From: Gammaproteobacteria bacterium
Lineage (GTDB): Bacteria; Pseudomonadota; Gammaproteobacteria; Pseudomonadales; IMCC2047
DNA: 64,000 bases
Assembly (NCBI GenBank): GCA_021773395.1
Contig: JAJFKB010000015.1
Coordinates: 8,579 to 72,578 of the forward strand
Direction of reading: 5' to 3'
In this document: positions 12,546 to 23,103 of the stretch, piece by piece
Numbering within the stretch: the first letter of the stretch is position 1
Layout of the letters: each line of letters begins with the position of its first letter
Program-made: the position numbers and the translations under genes
Notes under the pieces: generated by a model
What the model saw: only the letters and a program-made list of their open reading frames with translations
What the model was told of the DNA's origin: nothing
Databases searched by the model: none

Positions 12546-13190
12546 ATGACGTATCAATCAGGAACGAATCAACCTTCTGACCCCATAGAAAAGATGGAAC
12601 ACGCCAAGTATGGGCAGTCACGTCGTACCAAGACACGCACGCGAAAAATTATAGTTTTATCGGCGGTGCTGGCGCTTGCATTGCTAGTACTCATAGTACA
12701 GTTGATCTATAGCGTGGCAACCATCTCTACGTTAAATGACAAAAATCGTAAGCTTGAGATAGCATTAATAGAAGCAAAAACCACTATCCAGACACTGACG
12801 CCTGAGCTGGAGCGTACTAAGAATGATCTTGAAAAACTGGTGCAAAGTCGTTTCCCTAATTTGCAGGAGTTAGTCACGAATCAGGTAATGGACGTGGACA
12901 ATGAATACATACGCACGGTGGTTTTTACTGTAATCAAGCAGGGTAACAGGCAGCTCTATAAATACCTTCTGGTTGTAGAGAATGATACGACTTCAAAAAT
13001 CAAACCTAGTTTTAGAGTGCTTCTCTTTGATCAATATGGAGTGCATGTGGCGACCGATGAGTTTCATGATGCCCAGGTGTTGCGGCCGGGGGAAAGTCGT
13101 GATTACGCTTCTGATATTGATTTCTTCTTCGATACCAAACCAAAACATTTTTATATAGACGATATAACCGCCCAAACGGCCGCTGAGTAA
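12546..13190 (+). CDS. Hypothetical single-TM protein with coiled coil and C-terminal beta-rich domain
   Basis: Basic N-tail, hydrophobic helix, heptad region, beta-strand-like C-terminus ending LRPGESRDY. Confidence 0.7.
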   Translation: MTYQSGTNQPSDPIEKMEHAKYGQSRRTKTRTRKIIVLSAVLALALLVLIVQLIYSVATISTLNDKNRKLEIALIEAKTTIQTLTPELERTKNDLEKLVQSRFPNLQELVTNQVMDVDNEYIRTVVFTVIKQGNRQLYKYLLVVENDTTSKIKPSFRVLLFDQYGVHVATDEFHDAQVLRPGESRDYASDIDFFFDTKPKHFYIDDITAQTAAE

Positions 13191-13424
13191 TTGAACATTT
13201 ATTAACGGCTTGCCAGTATAAAAATACGCTCAATTTTTGCTGATTTTACTATTCTGTCCTATAACTATTAGGTGCAATCGATTCTCCTGTAGCTTTATTC
13301 ACGTCAGGACTAAAGCATTACCCGTGCCTCGGCTGAAAAATAGTAGTTTGGGGATGGGTTAGGAACGCAGCGTACGCTGTGGCAGTGAGAAAGAAAGGAA
13401 GCTTCTTTAGGGTCTGATATAGGA

Positions 13425-14604
13425 ATGATTATGCTGAATAGAGCGTTGTTGGTTGATGATTCGAAATCTGCGAGATTTGCGTTGAGAAAGCTGCTTGAAA
13501 GGAATGGTATGCAGGTCGATGTTGCAGAAAATGCTGAGCAGGCGCTGGGATACCTCGATTCAAATCATCCGGATGTTATTTTCATGGACCATTTCATGCC
13601 CGGAATGGACGGTTTTGAGGCTGCACGTGCAATAAAGGGGCGCCCGGATCGATCCGCAATTCCCATCATTATGTGTACCTCCAAGGAAGACGATGACTAC
13701 GGACAGCAGGCGCGTGCTAACGGTGCCTACGATATATTAACAAAACCCGCGACGCCATCGGCGTTAAACGAGGTGCTGGGCAATTTGCAACAGGTGTTAT
13801 CCTCTAGTGCTTCCGACCAAGGCGCACCGGCTAAAGAACCGTCGATGCAAGAACAACCTGCTATCGAAACAGTGCCAACGCTAACGGAAACATTGAAAAT
13901 CGAAAATGTCGAGCGGCAGGTTCGAGAACTTGCTGCTCAGCGAGTCAGCGAATTATTTAAAGAAAAAATACCTGAATTCAGAGAAGCGGTGCTGGTCAAT
14001 TTTGATAAGATCGCCAAAACCATGCTGCAAGGTTATATGGAGCAGGCCCTTGCCGAAGCCCAGAAAGAGTTTCGGCCACTTATCGAGAACACTGCCCGAG
14101 AAATTTCGCGTAAAGTCAGTCAAGATGAAGTTAGCAGTCAGCTGGCTGGCAGGTTTCAGCAATTGCAGGAGCAGGTAAACAAGGATGTGAATGAGCAACT
14201 ATCTGAAATATATTCCAATATTGGTGAGTTAAAGTCCAATCAGCCCATGCGCCAAGTTGCTCCGGAACTGATGGAGGATATCTTGCAGCGCGCTCGTGAT
14301 GCTGCTATCGAAGAGGCCAACGAGTCTTTACTCCAAGTATCCGAGGTGGCGCAGAATACAGCAAAACAGACTTCAGAAGAGGTTTCGCGAAATATAGCGG
14401 CAGAACTGGATAGACAGCTCGATGACAAGTTTACCAGGTTGGCCGATTCAGCACTGCAGAAGGCGCGTCAGGAAGCGGCTGAAGTGGCCTGGAAGAAAAC
14501 TCAGGAGTTGAGCCTGGATACTCAAGCGAGCATTAAAAAGCTTTATGTGATGGCCGGCGTTTCGTTGCTTTCCGGGATTGCAGCCTTGGTAGGCGTGGCT
14601 TATC

Positions 14605-14615
<11 letters not shown>
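13425..14615 (+). CDS. Response regulator (REC + coiled coil + C-terminal TM anchor)
   Basis: [25 protein letters not shown]; hydrophobic C-terminal tail. Confidence 0.88.
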
Positions 14616-15934
<1,319 letters not shown>

Positions 15935-16044
15935 AGCTATCTATTGCCTATTGGGTAAAATAGTTTTCCTGGGATCGTTAAACGATAACACTGAATTTCC
16001 AGAGACCTATCGACGTTTGGCATTGGATTTTAAACATATTTCAC

Positions 16045-16506
16045 ATGATTGCGAAATTTAAACGAGTATTATTTGCATTATTTTTTGTCGTGCTTACTGG
16101 GTGTGACAGTGCAGACTTTGTCGACGCGCAGGGTAAAGATATCTATTGGGAAGATTTTCGTGGCCGCTGGCTGGTCATTAATTACTGGGCGGAATGGTGT
16201 AAACCCTGTCTAGAGGAGATCCCGGAACTCAACAGTCTCTATCTGGCGCATAAGGACAAGGATGCATATGTGTTGGGTATCAATTTTGATCCTCTGGAAC
16301 CTGCAGAATTAAACAAACAGATTGATGCGCTGAATGTGCAGTTTCCTGTTTTACAAAGTGACCGGGATGGCAAACTCATGTACCTGCACCCGGAGGTTTT
16401 GCCAACGACCTATATTTTTAACCACAAGGGCGAGCTGCGCCATAAACTGGTAGGGCCGCAAACCCGGGTTAGTATTGAGGCGCTGCTGCGAAAAGGGGAG
16501 GGTTGA
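16045..16506 (+). CDS. TlpA-family disulfide reductase lipoprotein
   Basis: LTGC lipobox, INYWAEWCKPC, LPTTY. Confidence 0.9.
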   Translation: MIAKFKRVLFALFFVVLTGCDSADFVDAQGKDIYWEDFRGRWLVINYWAEWCKPCLEEIPELNSLYLAHKDKDAYVLGINFDPLEPAELNKQIDALNVQFPVLQSDRDGKLMYLHPEVLPTTYIFNHKGELRHKLVGPQTRVSIEALLRKGEG

Positions 16507-16509
16507 TCT

Positions 16510-16782
16510 ATGGCTCTGATCTGTGTGCAGGCTTTTGTTTCCGGTCGCGTCCAGAGAGTCTGGTATCGTGAATCGACGAAACGCCAGGCTCTGGCGAGCG
16601 GCGTTACCGGCTGGGCTAAAAACCTGCCGGATGGTCGTGTTGAAGTGCTCCTTTGCGGTGAACAAGAAGCAGTGAACCAGGTGCTTGCCTGGTTGTATGA
16701 AGGGCCATCCAATGCACAGGTGAAGGGGGTCGAGACTCAAGTGCTGGAATGGCAGGCGGTGAGCGGCTTTACCACGGGTTAA
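16510..16782 (+). CDS. acyP: Acylphosphatase
   Basis: SGRVQxVWYR, GWAKNLPDGRVEV. Confidence 0.88.
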   Translation: MALICVQAFVSGRVQRVWYRESTKRQALASGVTGWAKNLPDGRVEVLLCGEQEAVNQVLAWLYEGPSNAQVKGVETQVLEWQAVSGFTTG

Positions 16783-16815
16783 GCCGTGCGCCTGTCACTA
16801 AGTTGCGTTAGGCTG

Positions 16816-17202
16816 TTAAAAAATTTGCCATAGCAACCATCCACTGCTGACCAGGTATACAGCAAAGGTACCCAGCATAGATATTGGTCGGGTTAGGGCG
16901 TGCGGGCTTACCTGCAACGTTATATAGTGCATGAGACGAGAAACCAGCAAGGTCAGCCCCAGACTATGGGTAAAGGCGACAGACGCGCCATTTGCTTCCG
17001 TCAAAGCAATCAAGGCAAGTGCCAACGGTACAGTTTCTACAAAATTTGCATGGGCACGCATTCTCCTTAGTAATAGCTGGTTACCCCCATCCAGGAAGGA
17101 GATGCCTGTGCGCTTACGAACCAGGCCTACGCGAAAAGTGAACACCACAAAGAGTAAGGCAAAAGCAACAATATAAAGGGTGCTTACGGGCAGAATGGAC
17201 AT
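16816..17202 (-). CDS. MAPEG family membrane protein (YecN-like)
   Basis: RAHANFVETVP, SRLMH, 4 TMs. Confidence 0.9.
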   Translation of the reverse strand: MSILPVSTLYIVAFALLFVVFTFRVGLVRKRTGISFLDGGNQLLLRRMRAHANFVETVPLALALIALTEANGASVAFTHSLGLTLLVSRLMHYITLQVSPHALTRPISMLGTFAVYLVSSGWLLWQIF

Positions 17203-17255
17203 CAGGTCTCCAATTTAGAAAATGCATACTAATTATGTGCCAGCCATTTTAATAC

Positions 17256-17285
17256 TTTACTTGTGTATTGCAAGTGAAACATAAT
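17256..17285 (+). promoter_or_regulatory. Putative sigma70 promoter (TTTACT-N18-CATAAT) containing the palindrome ACTTG-N7-CAAGT, a candidate HxlR operator
   Basis: Inverted repeat at 17259-17275 between divergent MAPEG and HxlR genes. Confidence 0.5.
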
Positions 17286-17291
17286 AAGCCA

Positions 17292-17738
17292 ATGACTGAA
17301 CCGATTCGAAGATCACCCTGCCCAATTAATTTTGCATTGGAGTTGTTTGGTGATAAGTGGACCCTGCTCATTATTCGTGACCTGATTTTTATGCGAAAAA
17401 AAGGTTATGGCGAATTTATGGAATCTCCCGAAGGTATTTCCACCAATATCCTGGCAGATCGTCTCAGGCAGCTGGTTGATAATGGACTGATCGAGAAATA
17501 TCCTGATCACAACGATAAGAAAAAGTTTGTTTATCTGCTCACCGAGAAAGGTGAAGCGCTGGTACCGGTATTGGTGGAGATTATTCGTTGGGGGGTTCAG
17601 TATGATACGCAGGCTAAGAATGCAATTCCAATTGAAGTAAGCGCGCGCCTGAAAAGCGATGCCATGGGTTTTATTGAGGAGACACGAAAGTCTGTCAGAA
17701 AAGAGCGCAAGCAGTATCTAAAGTGGTTGGCAAGTTGA
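17292..17738 (+). CDS. HxlR-family winged-helix transcriptional regulator
   Basis: RSPCPINFALELFGDKWTLLIIRDL, ISTNILADRL, YLLTEKG; ATG at 17292 preferred over TTG at 17268. Confidence 0.92.
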   Translation: MTEPIRRSPCPINFALELFGDKWTLLIIRDLIFMRKKGYGEFMESPEGISTNILADRLRQLVDNGLIEKYPDHNDKKKFVYLLTEKGEALVPVLVEIIRWGVQYDTQAKNAIPIEVSARLKSDAMGFIEETRKSVRKERKQYLKWLAS

Positions 17739-17809
17739 TCAGATGCTGTCTTGGATGATTGCGATTTAAATAGGCGTCTAATAAGCAGATACAAACAGAG
17801 GATTGATCG

Positions 17810-18445
17810 ATGAAAATATATGGCTTTGCCACATACAACGTGACCAAAGTGTTGCTGACAGCTGAAGAACTGGGTCTACAATATGAGTATATTCCACTTA
17901 ATCCTTTAGAGGGGGAGCAAAAAACAGAGGAGCATCTGCGGCGCCACCCGTTAGGACAGGTGCCGGTATTGGAGCACGAGGGTGAGTGTTATATTGAAAG
18001 TGCGGCTATTTGTCGCTATCTGGCAAGAATCAGCGGTTCTCGACTTTACCAGGGCGATGCCAGGCAGAAAGCAAAAATAGATAGGTGGGTGGATTTTAGC
18101 ACCTTGCATATGGGACGTTGGCTAGCCACTTACTTTTTTCAGGAAATCGTGAACAGCAAGTTTTTTGGTAACGAGATTGATCAGCAGGCGCTGGCAGAGG
18201 CAGGAGAATACCTTCAACAGCAATTCCCCGTGCTTGATGCTGTGCTGGCAGGCAATGAATTTATGGCCGGTGGTGGAATCAGTATTGCCGACCTGATCGG
18301 GTTTTCCTATGTACAAATTCATGAGGTGACCAGCGTCGATATCAGTGCATATGAACACCTCTCACGATGGTATTCGCAGATCAGGGAAAGGCCTTCATTT
18401 TCTGCTGCTATGAGTCATTTTCCTAATCACCAGATCCTGCATTGA
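17810..18445 (+). CDS. Glutathione S-transferase
   Basis: HPLGQVPVL, ESAAICRYL, SIADL. Confidence 0.93.
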   Translation: MKIYGFATYNVTKVLLTAEELGLQYEYIPLNPLEGEQKTEEHLRRHPLGQVPVLEHEGECYIESAAICRYLARISGSRLYQGDARQKAKIDRWVDFSTLHMGRWLATYFFQEIVNSKFFGNEIDQQALAEAGEYLQQQFPVLDAVLAGNEFMAGGGISIADLIGFSYVQIHEVTSVDISAYEHLSRWYSQIRERPSFSAAMSHFPNHQILH

Positions 18446-18646
18446 GGGTTGAATCGAATTGAATTGAAGGGTGAATTGACTCTAGGGTTGAATTGAATCA
18501 CATGACTTGATCTTTTGTTCCTTAGGGGGATACATTAACACTAATAGGCTAGCTCAGAGTAGACGGTATTTACTTAGCTGATTTTAATAATGGCCGAAGA
18601 GATTTTTAATCTGCTGTCTGTGCATACAGACGAATGGAGATATTAA

Positions 18647-19105
18647 ATGAAAAGACTACTAATTATTGTTGTTTTTGCATCACTGGCGGTTTTATCTGGC
18701 TGTGACACTAGCCCAAAGTCTCCGAGAGGGTTCAGTTTGCCAGAGGGTGATCCTAAGGTCGGCCAAGCAGTCTTTGTTGAATTACAATGTAATGCCTGCC
18801 ATCAGATTCCCGGAGTAGAGCAGCTTCAGAGTGCGGTGGGTGAACCGCAGATTTCTGTAAAGCTGGGTGGGAAAGTAAGTAAAATCAAGACCTATGGCGA
18901 GCTGGTCACTTCTGTGATTAACCCCTCGCATCGCTTGGTTAAAGGCTATCCTGCCGATAAAATACAGAGCGACGGCGAATCAAAAATGCGTAACTATAAC
19001 GATATGATGACTGTTCGTCAGCTCATTGACCTGGTTGCATTTCTACAATCAAAATATGATCTGCTTATCTACGACCCGACCCGATACCGTTCCTACAAGC
19101 TTTAG
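18647..19105 (+). CDS. Monoheme c-type cytochrome lipoprotein (SoxX-like fold)
   Basis: LSGC lipobox, GFSLPEGD, CNACH, TSVINPSH, distal Met candidate in SKM. Confidence 0.85.
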   Translation: MKRLLIIVVFASLAVLSGCDTSPKSPRGFSLPEGDPKVGQAVFVELQCNACHQIPGVEQLQSAVGEPQISVKLGGKVSKIKTYGELVTSVINPSHRLVKGYPADKIQSDGESKMRNYNDMMTVRQLIDLVAFLQSKYDLLIYDPTRYRSYKL

Positions 19106-19144
19106 TCGGGATCTGATCGGGCCGGATGCTGGAAACCCGGCGGT

Positions 19145-19534
19145 TTAGCGGGGTTGCATCACGATCGGGTTTTCTTTGCGGTCGAAAATCACATAGCTGC
19201 TAAGCTCTTGACCGCTCGTTAAATCGTTCGCCATTTTGTTTAAATGGGGCTCGGCATCATCGGTCGTCGGAGGGGCGTTAACAGTCCCGCTTAGGCCTGC
19301 TATCAGCATAATGTCCCAATCGGTTGAAATGTTATCAGCCTCCTCAACCAGCGCTTTAAAAGAGACGATATCTTCTGGTAATTTATCCACGCACATCAGT
19401 GGTGTGATAGTGCCGGTTTGGTGTTTCTTCTTTTTCTTCTTTTTAGATTCAGTTTTAGCAAAAAGGAAGAGTAATCGCTGCTGCTCCTTTTGCTCCTGTG
19501 CGGCTTTGATTAAATCTGCGAGGGTGGCGATCAT
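19145..19534 (-). CDS. Conserved hypothetical protein (family often mis-labelled as ribonucleotide reductase subunit alpha)
   Basis: QRLLFLFA, TPLMCVDK, W..AGLSG, FDR pattern; poly-Lys tract. Confidence 0.75.
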   Translation of the reverse strand: MIATLADLIKAAQEQKEQQRLLFLFAKTESKKKKKKKHQTGTITPLMCVDKLPEDIVSFKALVEEADNISTDWDIMLIAGLSGTVNAPPTTDDAEPHLNKMANDLTSGQELSSYVIFDRKENPIVMQPR

Positions 19535-19615
19535 AGGGTATAACCTGTAAAAAAACGAATAGTAGATTAAAGAGATTTCAGGGGATGCACTTTAACCTGT
19601 TGTGGCGACGTTGTC

Positions 19616-19629
19616 TTGATTTGAATCAA
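19616..19629. promoter_or_regulatory. FNR/Anr/DNR-type binding site
   Basis: TTGAT-TTGA-ATCAA, a perfect consensus; minus-strand -10 TAAAGT at 19594-19589 at class II spacing. Confidence 0.75.
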
Positions 19630-19668
19630 TCTGTTGTTAGCCTTGCTGGCAGAGCGTATTAAATTGAA

Positions 19669-20076
19669 GTGAGTATGTTGGTTGGTTGTATGAAATACAA
19701 AATAGTTTTTAGTGGGATGATCGTTCTGGGATGCCTTTTAGCCAGTTTGTCGATGGCACAGGACTCAGAGTTTAGGGCGGGCAGCTCGGCTTATCTCTGT
19801 TTGAAAAGAACCCTGCACCCAACCTGGCCGGAGGTGTTTGCTGTTCAGGTTGAGGTGATAGCAGTACTGGAAAAGAGGTATAAAGTTCGGGTGGTGAATG
19901 AGTTTCCCATGCCGGGACGCACCAACGAGAAGGAGGTCCCGGTCAAAGGGGATGTGATGAAAATATCCAAGAACCGGGTGTATACCGGGGAGCAGGCAGG
20001 AGTTGAGCCCGGAGACCGATTCCAGAGTAAGGCAGTTTGTAGTGCGTTAATGAAAGAAACAGGTAATGGCCCTTAA
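19669..20076 (+). CDS. Hypothetical exported protein
   Basis: Signal peptide (likely start ATG 19690, MKYKIVF..SMA/QD); two Cys in the mature part. Confidence 0.65.
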   Translation: MSMLVGCMKYKIVFSGMIVLGCLLASLSMAQDSEFRAGSSAYLCLKRTLHPTWPEVFAVQVEVIAVLEKRYKVRVVNEFPMPGRTNEKEVPVKGDVMKISKNRVYTGEQAGVEPGDRFQSKAVCSALMKETGNGP

Positions 20077-20697
20077 TCAGGATTGTGATTTCACTTTTTG
20101 CAGGTTTGGTGCCAGCAGATTCAAAAACTGGCGGTTTAAACCACCCCATAACAATATCGGTACGAGCGGCGGTAGAATCAGGTAACCCAGTTGATAACTG
20201 AGTGCCAGTGTTTCGCGAACCAACCGACTGAGGCCGAGTTCGGCCGCTACGCCATTACCCAGCTTAAATGACAGCGTTACCAAGGCTTCGGTGACCACTC
20301 CCCAGCATTGAAAGGGAATCAAGGCGACAATTCCGATCAGCAGCCAGCCGATTCTTAGCTTGATCTTGTTGGCGACGGCCAGGGTCATCGCAGCATACAG
20401 CGGTGTTCCATAGCAGTATTTGAGTGCTTCTATGCTGAAGGTGATCAGACCAACCGGCTGGCCAGGCAGGTAATTGGCTAGTAGTGAGCTTTTATATGGA
20501 GTGACCAGTTCGTAGGAGATACCCTGTTGTTCAATGGCGCTGACGGCATAGGGGAAAAATTCAAGCAAAAATAGTTCGCTTAACCAACGCACTGGCACGA
20601 GTAGCGTTTCGGCAAGGAAGTACCAGGCTACAAAGCAAACAGGAGCCCAGAGCAGTACCCGCAGCAAAAAGCCGCTAAGTGGTGAGCGGGGCTTCAT
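20077..20697 (-). CDS. Exosortase H-associated membrane protein
   Basis: FLLRVLLW, YCYGTPLY, YQLGYLILPPLVP; overlaps xrtH. Confidence 0.85.
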   Translation of the reverse strand: MKPRSPLSGFLLRVLLWAPVCFVAWYFLAETLLVPVRWLSELFLLEFFPYAVSAIEQQGISYELVTPYKSSLLANYLPGQPVGLITFSIEALKYCYGTPLYAAMTLAVANKIKLRIGWLLIGIVALIPFQCWGVVTEALVTLSFKLGNGVAAELGLSRLVRETLALSYQLGYLILPPLVPILLWGGLNRQFLNLLAPNLQKVKSQS

Positions 20698-21178
20698 CGC
20701 TTATCTCCGGGTCAGGCAACCAGCGCAGCCAGAGCACAAAGACCACCAGTGCATCCAGTATAATCAGTGCTTGCCACAGGTAGAGGTGTGCCCAATCAAA
20801 CCAGGCCCGGTTCCACTGCAACAGATAGAAAAGACTAATCAGACGAACCAGGTTGACAGATTGAATGGCAAAAAAGCCATAGACAAAGCCTTTTAGCTTG
20901 TAGACAAATTCGGTGGGTACGGAGATGATTCCGGCAACCAGAATGATAATCGCTTCGATGCCATTACAGCCGGGCTGAATCGATACCGCCAGTCCGCTCT
21001 GGGCGTCCCTAATGACAATACCATTGGCAATTACTGAGCTGTCAAAGAGCTGCATGAGGGTTGCCGACAGGTAGGCAAGCATTGCGGTAAAGGGTTGCAC
21101 AAAATGCAATTGCACAGGATTGAGCAGTTCAAGTGCAAACAATGTCATTAGTACAAGGAGAAAGAGCCAGATTCGCAT
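20675..21178 (-). CDS. xrtH: Exosortase H (IPTLxxWG-CTERM-specific)
   Basis: Catalytic triad GCNGIEA (Cys), NLVRLISLFYL (Arg), WAHLYLWQ (His). Confidence 0.9.
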   Translation of the reverse strand: MRIWLFLLVLMTLFALELLNPVQLHFVQPFTAMLAYLSATLMQLFDSSVIANGIVIRDAQSGLAVSIQPGCNGIEAIIILVAGIISVPTEFVYKLKGFVYGFFAIQSVNLVRLISLFYLLQWNRAWFDWAHLYLWQALIILDALVVFVLWLRWLPDPEISDEAPLTT

Positions 21179-21323
21179 GGCGCTATTCTAGTCCAGAAGC
21201 ATTGAGAAAGTGAAGGAGAGCTTTGCACCTTTCAGGATATCACTTGCAAAATCAGGCATTAGTTTTTACAGTCGCTTGCTGTTGGCAGATCAAAATCCTT
21301 TTCAAGTAATAGTTCTGCCTTGA

Positions 21324-22109
21324 TTGGATACTACTTTTTACAGGCCGGGATATACCCTCATGACGGGTACAAATAAAAACTCTTTGGGGTTGCTAAGAGA
21401 GCGGGCTGGGCAATTTCTGGCACGCAGGAAGAAGCGCTCATTGCTGCGGCTGTTGGATGGTCAGGGGCTGGAAATTGGCGCGCTTCACTTGCCTGTGGTG
21501 GCGCCTCACCTGGATATTCAGTATGTCGATCGCATGACTCGGGCCGGGTTGCGTGACCAGTATCCTGAGCTGGCCAATCTACCCATCGTTGAACCCGATG
21601 TTATTGATGATGGCGAACAATTAGTCACTATTTCAGATAGTTCTCAGGATTTTGTGATTGCCAGCCATCTCATCGAACATATCCCCAACCCCATTCAAGG
21701 ATTGCTGGCCTGGCAGCGAGTGTTAAAACCTAATGGCAGGTTGTTTTTAGCTGTGCCGGACCGACGCTTTACCTTTGATCGAGATCGAGCCTTGACGGAG
21801 ATAGATCATTTGCTGCTGGATTACCAGAATCCCAGTCGGGAACGCGATTTTATGGCCTTCGAAGAATTCGCGCTAAAGGTGAGCTGTCGCGAGTTCAAAC
21901 TTAGACCGGAATCCGAATATCTTGAATTGGCAAAGGAACTTTTCGAGCAGAATTACAGCATCCATTATCACGTCTGGGAGGACCATAGTTTTATGGGATT
22001 CATCAGTTGGCTTGAACAGCACTTTGATGGCTGGAAGATGCAATGTATCGCACAAATGCCTACCCGAGGTGGTGAATTTGCTTTAGTACTGGAAAAGCCC
22101 GCGTGTTAA
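21324..22109 (+). CDS. Class I SAM-dependent methyltransferase-domain protein
   Basis: GLEIGAL, YVD, QDFVIASHLIEH, RVLKPNG, PDRRFTFD, HYHVW. Confidence 0.85.
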   Translation: MDTTFYRPGYTLMTGTNKNSLGLLRERAGQFLARRKKRSLLRLLDGQGLEIGALHLPVVAPHLDIQYVDRMTRAGLRDQYPELANLPIVEPDVIDDGEQLVTISDSSQDFVIASHLIEHIPNPIQGLLAWQRVLKPNGRLFLAVPDRRFTFDRDRALTEIDHLLLDYQNPSRERDFMAFEEFALKVSCREFKLRPESEYLELAKELFEQNYSIHYHVWEDHSFMGFISWLEQHFDGWKMQCIAQMPTRGGEFALVLEKPAC

Positions 22110-22366
22110 TTGAATCCGCAGCCTCCCGATGAACATCCGCCACCTGTGGCACAGGGCGGCAAATCCGGTTGACCTAGCGTTGAACTTTTTACCACCTGTC
22201 CGCCATTGGCAAGACGCTCTACAGGCGCATCTGCCGGGGTGTTGCCAACCTCAATTCCTGCGAGCTGACAAAGTTCGCTCCAGGTCGTCATTTTGTCGCG
22301 CATGGAGTGCTTCACTTCTATCACTTGTCCATTGGCAGCGCATCGGTAATCGTAGGTTGGCATCAT
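22106..22366 (-). CDS. FmdB-family zinc-ribbon protein
   Basis: MPTYDYRC, W.ELC, Cys/Gly-rich tail. Confidence 0.85.
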   Translation of the reverse strand: MMPTYDYRCAANGQVIEVKHSMRDKMTTWSELCQLAGIEVGNTPADAPVERLANGGQVVKSSTLGQPDLPPCATGGGCSSGGCGFN

Positions 22367-22436
22367 TGGCTCCAGAATCAGGTGGTCCAATTATAAGGTT
22401 GGGCTAATGAAGGGACAAGCCTTGTTTCGCTGAGGT

Positions 22437-22988
22437 TTATCTGTTCCTGGAAGCGCGCCATATATCAGGTTCTATCACCAGACTTTGTTCTGAGTCGTTC
22501 ACTGTCACCTGCTGGTCTTCGATACAGAAATGAAGCTCCATGGTTCGTTTTGCCATACCTGCCAGGATATCGGTAATTTCCTTGTGCAGGTTGTAGATAC
22601 TCAAATTATCGAACCGATCCAGCTTGTGTAATATAGCGCTCCACCAAATGTTCGCTGCTCCTCCACCATAGGTATACAGAATAACCTGCCTTGCGCGCTG
22701 ACAGGCTTTGCGAATGCGTTTTTCATCAGGTAATCCGAGTTCAATCCAGAGAAGCGTTTCGCCCACGAGATTTTTTTTCCAGATCTCGGGTTCGTTTTCT
22801 GCACTCAGTCCCTTGGTGAAATGAAGATCTTCGTGGGCGTTGAGTGCAAAAGCCAATATCCTGATCATCATTCTTTCATCGGTTTCTGAAGGGTGGCGAG
22901 CGATGGTTAAATTGTGGGCAGCGTAATACGAACGATCCATGTCGGCAATATGAATATCAGCTTTAAAAACAGTAGCTTTTTGTGCCAT
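22437..22988 (-). CDS. yaeQ: YaeQ family protein
   Basis: ARHPSETDERMMIR, FTKGLS, WIELGLPDEKR. Confidence 0.95.
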   Translation of the reverse strand: MAQKATVFKADIHIADMDRSYYAAHNLTIARHPSETDERMMIRILAFALNAHEDLHFTKGLSAENEPEIWKKNLVGETLLWIELGLPDEKRIRKACQRARQVILYTYGGGAANIWWSAILHKLDRFDNLSIYNLHKEITDILAGMAKRTMELHFCIEDQQVTVNDSEQSLVIEPDIWRASRNR

Positions 22989-23103
22989 AAATACGCGCTC
23001 TGTGGCAATAATGAGTGATTCTGTGGTCAGTTTAACTTATCATCCGCGCCTTCATGTTGCAGAGCAAATCTGTTTAACCCCTATATTTAATCAAGAGGAC
23101 GTC

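Noticed and set aside
12456-13424. SRP RNA (ffs) or another ncRNA after ligA
   Set aside because: No recognisable SRP helix 8 or riboswitch consensus in either intergenic gap
13860-13900. VPTL motif as an exosortase H substrate signal
   Set aside because: Internal to a cytoplasmic response regulator and not followed by WG, a TM and a basic tail
19145-19534. Ribonucleotide reductase alpha subunit
   Set aside because: Only 129 aa with no RNR motifs; the label is a propagated mis-annotation
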